A DNA stretch of 64,000 nt from Candidatus Eiseniibacteriota bacterium. GTDB taxonomy: Bacteria; Eisenbacteria; RBG-16-71-46. This document shows, in pieces, positions 58,598-64,000 of this stretch. The translations under genes were made by a program, and so were the position numbers. Under the pieces are notes generated by a model that made no database searches, was not told the DNA's origin, and was given only the letters and a program-made list of their open reading frames with translations. How positions within the stretch are numbered: the first letter of the stretch is position 1; each line of letters begins with the position of its first letter. The stretch covers positions 1,056,001 through 1,120,000 of the forward strand of contig CAVQXP010000004.1 in assembly GCA_963717935.1 (NCBI GenBank), written 5' to 3'.

Positions 58598-60052
58598 ATG
58601 AATCAGATGGCGGCTCCGCTCACTCGTCCCGTCCCGATCGGCTCCCTGCTCCTGGCAGCGGCCGCCGGAGCGTTTGCCATTACCGTGGGTCTGGCGACGG
58701 GCGACCCGGGCTCGGGGATGCTGCTGCCGGTGGGTGCCGTCCTCGGACTGATGGTCGTGGGTGTCGTCGTGGTCCGGCCATTCTGGGGCTTCCTCGCGCT
58801 GGTGTTCTCGTCATTCTTCCTCATGGTTGTGCCCGTGGCCGGGACGCACCGTGGTGTCAACGTCTTCGACCTCGTCCTGATCCCGTTGGTCGCGGCGTCC
58901 CTGCTCGGCGGTGCCCGGCGGGACGCCGCGACCGGGGACGTTTCCCTGGCCGGGCCGACCCACGAGGCCGTGCGGAAAGCCACCCGCCGCTTTGGGAACA
59001 GCGCCATGCTCTACTTCGGCCTGGCCGCGCTCTCCCTGTTGCCGATGGTGATCCGCCTCGGGCCCGGTCCGGCGTTCACCTCGGGGCTCTCGCTCGTGCG
59101 GGTGGTGCAGGGCGCGCTGGTCTTTCCGCTCGCGTTATGGTGGCTGCGAGACGAGCGACGGATTGGGGCGACGCTGCGCACCGTGTTTGTGGCGGCCGTC
59201 GTCTTCGCGCTGGTGAACTGTGTCTGGATGTTCGCTCTCGGAGTCCCCCGGGCCGGAATCGTCTGGTGGGTGACCGATGTGCGCGAGGCCGTCGGCAGCC
59301 CCAACGAGGCGGCGGCCGCCCTGCTGGTGCTGTGGGCCCTGGTTCAGGCGCGTTGGGCCGTCCAGCCAAGCCGGTGGCTCGTCCTGCTCATGGGTCTCGT
59401 GCTCGTGATGCTACCGCTCACCCAGTCGCGCAGCGGACTGCTCGCCTTCGCCACGTTCCTGCTCCTCACCGTGCGGCGCGTGCGCTGGCGCTGGCTCCTG
59501 GGGGGTGGGGTGGCGCTCCTCGTGGCGCTCCCGCTCGTGCCGGCGGAGTACTGGGGCCGTCTCGAAAGGTCCCTGATGTTCAAGCAGGGCTCGTTCGAGG
59601 TCTTCACGTTCCTGGCCCGGATCTACGGCTATCGCGTGGCCTGGCACGTCTTCCTCGACAACCCGGTGATTGGCGTGGGGTATCTCGGTTTTCGCTTCGT
59701 GAGCGCGAGCTACAACGATCTTCACCTCTCCATCGGCCAGGTCGAGAATTTCCTGTTGGAGACCCTGGTGGGCATGGGAGTCTCGGGACTGGCCGTCGTA
59801 GGCTTCGCGTTCGCGCGTCTGCACGCACTGGGCCGGGTGGTGCAGCAGGTTACAGCTCCGAGGACTCTCGGGCACGAACTGGCGCGTCTCCAGGCTCCTT
59901 TGCTGGTCGCGCTGTTCGTGGCCAACCTCACGGGGGCCACCTTCGTCGGCATGGTGGGGGTGGGACAGTTCGCGCTCTGGTGCGCGCTGCTGGTCCGGGC
60001 AGGGCACCTCGCGCAGGAACGGGCGCTCCCGGCAGGGTGCCCCGGGGCGTGA
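58598..60052 (+). CDS. O-antigen ligase/polymerase (Wzy_C) family membrane protein
   Basis: Multi-TM, SPNEAA, TQSRSG, NPVIGVGYLGF, ENFLLETLVGMG. Confidence 0.8.
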   Translation: MNQMAAPLTRPVPIGSLLLAAAAGAFAITVGLATGDPGSGMLLPVGAVLGLMVVGVVVVRPFWGFLALVFSSFFLMVVPVAGTHRGVNVFDLVLIPLVAASLLGGARRDAATGDVSLAGPTHEAVRKATRRFGNSAMLYFGLAALSLLPMVIRLGPGPAFTSGLSLVRVVQGALVFPLALWWLRDERRIGATLRTVFVAAVVFALVNCVWMFALGVPRAGIVWWVTDVREAVGSPNEAAAALLVLWALVQARWAVQPSRWLVLLMGLVLVMLPLTQSRSGLLAFATFLLLTVRRVRWRWLLGGGVALLVALPLVPAEYWGRLERSLMFKQGSFEVFTFLARIYGYRVAWHVFLDNPVIGVGYLGFRFVSASYNDLHLSIGQVENFLLETLVGMGVSGLAVVGFAFARLHALGRVVQQVTAPRTLGHELARLQAPLLVALFVANLTGATFVGMVGVGQFALWCALLVRAGHLAQERALPAGCPGA

Positions 60053-60110
60053 CCTCCGCGCTTTCTCACCAGGCCGGTGCCGCGCGCGCGCGACCGAACG
60101 CGGCGGGGCC

Positions 60111-61289
60111 ATGAGCGCCGTCCGACCGCTGCGCATCCTCAACGTCATCACCCGGATGATCGTGGGCGGCGCCCAGGAGACCGTCCTGCTCGCCTGCGCG
60201 CTCGTGGACCGCGAGCGCTTCAGCTGCGAGATCCTGACCGGGCCCCAGACCGGCTCCGAGAGCGAGCTGCACGGCGAGACGCGGGCACGCGGCATCCCGC
60301 TCCACGTGGAGCCTGCGATGCTGCGGGAGTTGCACGCGCTCCAGGACCCACTGGCGCTGATGCGCGTGGCGCGCTTCATCCGCCGCGGTGGCTACGACAT
60401 CGTCCACACGCACACCGCCAAGGCCGGCGTGCTGGGTCGCATCGCGGCGCGCATGGCGGGTGTGCCGGTCGTGGTGCACACGGTGCACGGCTGGGAGTTC
60501 CAGGCCGCCGAGCACGGCCGGCTCTCGCGACTCTACCTGGAGCTCGAGCGCTGGCTGGCGGCCTGGAGCCAGGCCCTGGTGGTGGTGGCCGACTTCGACC
60601 GGCGCGAGGGGCTCGAGGCCGGCGTCGGGCGCCCGGGCCAGTACGCGCTGATCCGCTCGGGGATCGAGGTCGAGGAGTTCCGCGACGTGACGCTGACCCG
60701 CGCGGAAGCGCGCTCCCGGGTGGGCGTGCCCGCCGATGCCTTCGTCGTGGGTCAGGTCGGGAGGCTCACGCGGCAGAAGGCGCCGCTGGACCTGCTGGGG
60801 GCGTTCGAGCCGCTGGCGCGAGCGCGAGCCGAGGCGCGGCTCGTCTTCCTCGGGGATGGCCCTCTGCGCCCGGCGCTGGAAGCGGCGGCCCGGCGCGTGG
60901 GTCTGGAGGAGCGTGTCCACATCCTCGGCATGCGACGCGACGTGCCCCAGGTGCTGCGCGCCTTCGACGTGCTCGCGCTCGCGTCGCGCTGGGAGGGTCT
61001 CCCGCGCGTCCTGCCGCAGGCCATGGCGGCGGGCTTGCCGATCGTGGCGACCCGCGTGGCCGGCGCTCCCGAGGCGGTCGCTGACGGGGAGAACGGCTGG
61101 CTGGTTGCACCGGGGGACCTGGACGCCTTCGCCAAGCGGTTGATCCAGCTTGCGGGTGATCCCGACCTGGCCCGCCGCATGGGCGAGGCCGGCCGCGCGA
61201 GGGTGGACGAGTTCTCGGCGGCTCGGATGGCACTCCAGCTCGAGTTGCTCTACCTGGGGCTGGCCCGCGGGGCTGGGATCCCGGCATGA
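60111..61289 (+). CDS. GT4-family glycosyltransferase
   Basis: GGAQ, VHTH, HTVHG, VGRLTRQK, SRWEGLPRVLPQAMAAG. Confidence 0.92.
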   Translation: MSAVRPLRILNVITRMIVGGAQETVLLACALVDRERFSCEILTGPQTGSESELHGETRARGIPLHVEPAMLRELHALQDPLALMRVARFIRRGGYDIVHTHTAKAGVLGRIAARMAGVPVVVHTVHGWEFQAAEHGRLSRLYLELERWLAAWSQALVVVADFDRREGLEAGVGRPGQYALIRSGIEVEEFRDVTLTRAEARSRVGVPADAFVVGQVGRLTRQKAPLDLLGAFEPLARARAEARLVFLGDGPLRPALEAAARRVGLEERVHILGMRRDVPQVLRAFDVLALASRWEGLPRVLPQAMAAGLPIVATRVAGAPEAVADGENGWLVAPGDLDAFAKRLIQLAGDPDLARRMGEAGRARVDEFSAARMALQLELLYLGLARGAGIPA

Positions 61290-61391
61290 GGCCGGCACCG
61301 CGGCCGTTGTGCCCCGCGGGGTGCATCGCTCCGGGGACGACCGGCGCGCCGGCGCGCTTCTCCGGTGCCGACGTGACCGGGGGCTGACGCG

Positions 61392-62354
61392 ATGCCACTC
61401 CTCGCTCCGGACGAGCTGCTGCCACTCCTGCGCTGCCCGCGGTGCCACGGCCCGCTTACGCGCCGCGCCGAAGGGCTCGCCTGCGGTTCGCTGACCTGTG
61501 GCCTCGTCGGCCGGGTCTTCCCGCAGGTGGCCGGCCAGCACGCGCCAGTGGACTTCGAGCGCAGCGTGGTCGCCGAGGCGGAGTTGCGCGCGCGCGCCGG
61601 TGCGAGCCTCGTGCCGCGCCGCTCCGATCGCGGCGTCGTCGGGGCACTGCGGCGGCTGTCGGCGCCACCGAGCCGTGTGGCCGAGCGGCACATGCACGAC
61701 CTCGTGGCGCGCCTGCGCGCCGGCGGCGGGCGGCCTCGCGTGCTGGTGGTCGGCGGTGGCAGGCGCAATCCCGGCTCCGAGCCGCTCTACGAGGACCCGG
61801 GACTCGACCTGATCGCATTCGACATCTACGCCTCGCCCGAGACCCAGTTCATCGGCGACGTCCACGGCCTGCCGCTCGCCGACGGCAGCGTTCAGGCGGT
61901 CTCGGTGCAGGCGGTGCTGGAGCACGTGCTCGACCCGTGGCGCGCCGTGAGCGAGATCGAGCGCGTGCTCGCCCCGGACGGGCTGGTCTACGCGGTCACG
62001 CCGTTCCTCCAGCACGTGCACGAGGGGCCGTGGGATTTCACTCGCTTCACCGAGAGCGGGCACCGCTGGCTGTTCCGCAACTTCGAGCGGCTCGACTCGG
62101 GAGTGGTGGCGGGGCCGGCCACCGCGTGGGTGTGGTCCACCGAGCAACTGGTGCGCGGGCTCACCCGTTCCGTCGCCGTGGGGAAGGCCGCGCGCATCGC
62201 GCTGTCGTGGGTACACCTGCTCGACCGCCTGATCCCCGAGCCCCACGCGGTGGATGGCGCGTCGTGCCTGTACTTCTACGGCCGCAAGAGCGACGTGCCA
62301 CTCGACCCGGCGGGCGCGATTCGCGAGTACCGGGGAGCGCAGCAGCCCGCGTAA
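61392..62354 (+). CDS. class I SAM-dependent methyltransferase with N-terminal Cys4 (Trm112-like) ribbon
   Basis: LRCPRC...LACGSLTC, VLVVGGG, GDVHGLPLAD, VLEHV, RVLAPDG, PFLQHVH...DFTRFT. Confidence 0.78.
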   Translation: MPLLAPDELLPLLRCPRCHGPLTRRAEGLACGSLTCGLVGRVFPQVAGQHAPVDFERSVVAEAELRARAGASLVPRRSDRGVVGALRRLSAPPSRVAERHMHDLVARLRAGGGRPRVLVVGGGRRNPGSEPLYEDPGLDLIAFDIYASPETQFIGDVHGLPLADGSVQAVSVQAVLEHVLDPWRAVSEIERVLAPDGLVYAVTPFLQHVHEGPWDFTRFTESGHRWLFRNFERLDSGVVAGPATAWVWSTEQLVRGLTRSVAVGKAARIALSWVHLLDRLIPEPHAVDGASCLYFYGRKSDVPLDPAGAIREYRGAQQPA

Positions 62355-62459
62355 GCGGAGTCGGACGGCGGGCGGGGTGCGCGGTGCCGCGCCGGGCCAC
62401 GGATGCATCCCCGCCGGCAATCTCGACCCGCGCGCTCCTCTTGCGCTTTGAGGATGGTG

Positions 62460-63722
62460 CTACACGGTCCGGTAGAGCGCCGCCAACCGCGAGACGCTCG
62501 ATTCGACGGCGAAGCGCTCCGCCGCCCATTCGCTGAACGCGGCGCGCCGCGCGGGCTCGCAGTCCCGTGCACAGAAGCGCTGGATCCGGTCCCTGCAGTC
62601 CTGCGTGTCGGCGAGGTCCGGCAGGACACAGGCGAACTCGGACTCGCGCATCGGAGCCGAGAAGTCCCCGATGCCCTCCGTCATCACGATCGGCAGTCCG
62701 GACAGCACGTACTCCGCGAACTTCCCCGGTGCGGCGACCTCGTTCATGGGGTGCCGCTCGCGCAGCAGCAGGCCGACGTCGGCTGCGCAGAGGTGGTCCA
62801 CGACTTCCCCGTGCGGGCTGGAGAGCACGCGGTAGTCGCCGGGTGAGAGGGCCGCGCGGCTCAGGAGAGGCTCGATGTGGCCGCGGTCCGCCTCCTGGGT
62901 GAGGACGAGGAAGAAGGCTGTCGGCCGGACCTGCCGGATGGCGATGAACGCCTCCGCGAGCTTCTCGGGGACCTGCCAGCGGCCCCGCAGGTTCCCGCTG
63001 TAGACGACCACGAAGCGGTCCTGCAGGCCGAGGGCGCGTCGGGCCCGCTCGCGCCGGTCGGGATCGAAGTGGAACTCCTTGCGGCTGGCCAGCGTCGGGA
63101 TGACGTGGACCTTCTCCGCCTGGTGTGGCGTGAGAGAGTGCCTGCGCAGCATCACCTCACGGAGTTTCTGGGAGACGCAGATCACGGCGTCGCTCTCGAG
63201 CAGGATCCGCCGCTCCTCCCGCTTGTAGTAGCGGTGCTCCAGGGTCCAGAGCAAGCGGAGCCAGGGCGTCGGACGTTCCGTCTTCGACCGCTTGTACTGC
63301 ACCTCCGCCAGGTCATCGCCCTCGAGTTCCGAGATCACGCGCAGCGCCGGCCATCTCCGCTTGAGCGCGAGCGCGAGGACGGCCATGACGATCTGGCGCG
63401 TGTGCACGACGACACGCCGGTCGCCTCGAACGGGAAGGTCCAGGGTCCGTGCCAGCGCGGGAGCGGAGAGCCCGGGGAACAGGTTCCAGACAGGCACCTG
63501 GTGGACGTCCCCCCGGATGCTGTCGCGCACGGCCTCGAGCCGGTTCGGTCCGAAGGCCCCGCGATTCCGCCATGCTCTCCAGGTCGCCAGCGGGTTGGGG
63601 GAGAAGCGCAGGCGGCCGACGAGCCCGACCACGAGCCCTTCGTCCTCGAGCCGGCGGATCAGGTCTACGTAGATGCCGGTGTGGAGCGCGTTGCCGCCCA
63701 GGTAGTAGAAGGCGCTCTCCAC
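62460..63722 (-). CDS. GT4-like glycosyltransferase
   Basis: GTG at 63722 lies just after the upstream stop. DAVICVS, VVYSGN, ADVGLLLR...APGKFAEYVLSGLP. Confidence 0.8.
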   Translation of the reverse strand: MESAFYYLGGNALHTGIYVDLIRRLEDEGLVVGLVGRLRFSPNPLATWRAWRNRGAFGPNRLEAVRDSIRGDVHQVPVWNLFPGLSAPALARTLDLPVRGDRRVVVHTRQIVMAVLALALKRRWPALRVISELEGDDLAEVQYKRSKTERPTPWLRLLWTLEHRYYKREERRILLESDAVICVSQKLREVMLRRHSLTPHQAEKVHVIPTLASRKEFHFDPDRRERARRALGLQDRFVVVYSGNLRGRWQVPEKLAEAFIAIRQVRPTAFFLVLTQEADRGHIEPLLSRAALSPGDYRVLSSPHGEVVDHLCAADVGLLLRERHPMNEVAAPGKFAEYVLSGLPIVMTEGIGDFSAPMRESEFACVLPDLADTQDCRDRIQRFCARDCEPARRAAFSEWAAERFAVESSVSRLAALYRTV

Positions 63723-63724
63723 GG

Positions 63725-64000
63725 TCAGGCCGATCCCGTATCCGCCGGAGAACGCCGTTCTGCGAGCGACTCGTAGAGGCGGATGTGACGGTCGAGGTAG
63801 GCGGCGGACGAATACTCCGATTCTACGATTCTGCGGCCGGCGGTCCCCAGGGCTTCGCGCCGAGCGTCGTCGCCCAGCAGATCGTCGAGCGCCTGCGTCA
63901 GGGCGGCAGCGTCCCGCGGCGGGACGCACAGGCCGGCCTGCGGCGGCCGGATCAGCTCCGTCATGGCGGTCCCCTCCGAAGCGATCACCGCGGTGCCGCA
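63725..64000 (-). CDS. GT4 glycosyltransferase C-terminus, truncated by the window
   Basis: CGTAVIAS...GLCVPPRDAAALTQAL...GRRIVESEYS...LYE. Confidence 0.75.
   Translation of the reverse strand, partial: CGTAVIASEGTAMTELIRPPQAGLCVPPRDAAALTQALDDLLGDDARREALGTAGRRIVESEYSSAAYLDRHIRLYESLAERRSPADTGSA

Overview
This is a very GC-rich bacterial chromosome segment. Gene content suggests a diderm, possibly FCB-related lineage such as Gemmatimonadota or Eisenbacteria; that placement is inference only. From left to right it holds: six GT-C (ArnT/PMT-like) membrane glycosyltransferases around vanZ-hisS-aspS and an OPT transporter; an ECF sigma/anti-sigma module with three DUF4097 genes and three matching ECF promoters; an M28 peptidase; a Bacillus-like phoH-pgpH-ybeY-(DUF502)-recO-glyQ-glyS run; a pyrR...pyrB-pyrC-(TPR)-pyrK-pyrD-pyrF locus with a PyrR site over the pyrB SD; a second ECF pair; a sigma54 module; and a surface-polysaccharide locus. 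The sigma54 module comprises a soluble Cys4-PAS kinase, an NtrC-type activator, enhancer-like boxes, a -24/-12 promoter, a pseudo-receiver and a long divergent GlpX-like phosphatase gene. The polysaccharide locus is headed by an ACP-SDR-adenylation enzyme-LuxE-LuxC-GNAT-deacetylase cassette without luciferase. Two intergenic regions (about 19.25-19.46 kb and 21.77-21.87 kb) look like structured RNAs I could not assign to a family. Five single-base frameshifts, all at G/C homopolymers, look like sequencing errors. I recognised no tRNA, rRNA, CRISPR array or mobile element. All product calls come from motif recognition by eye, not database searches.
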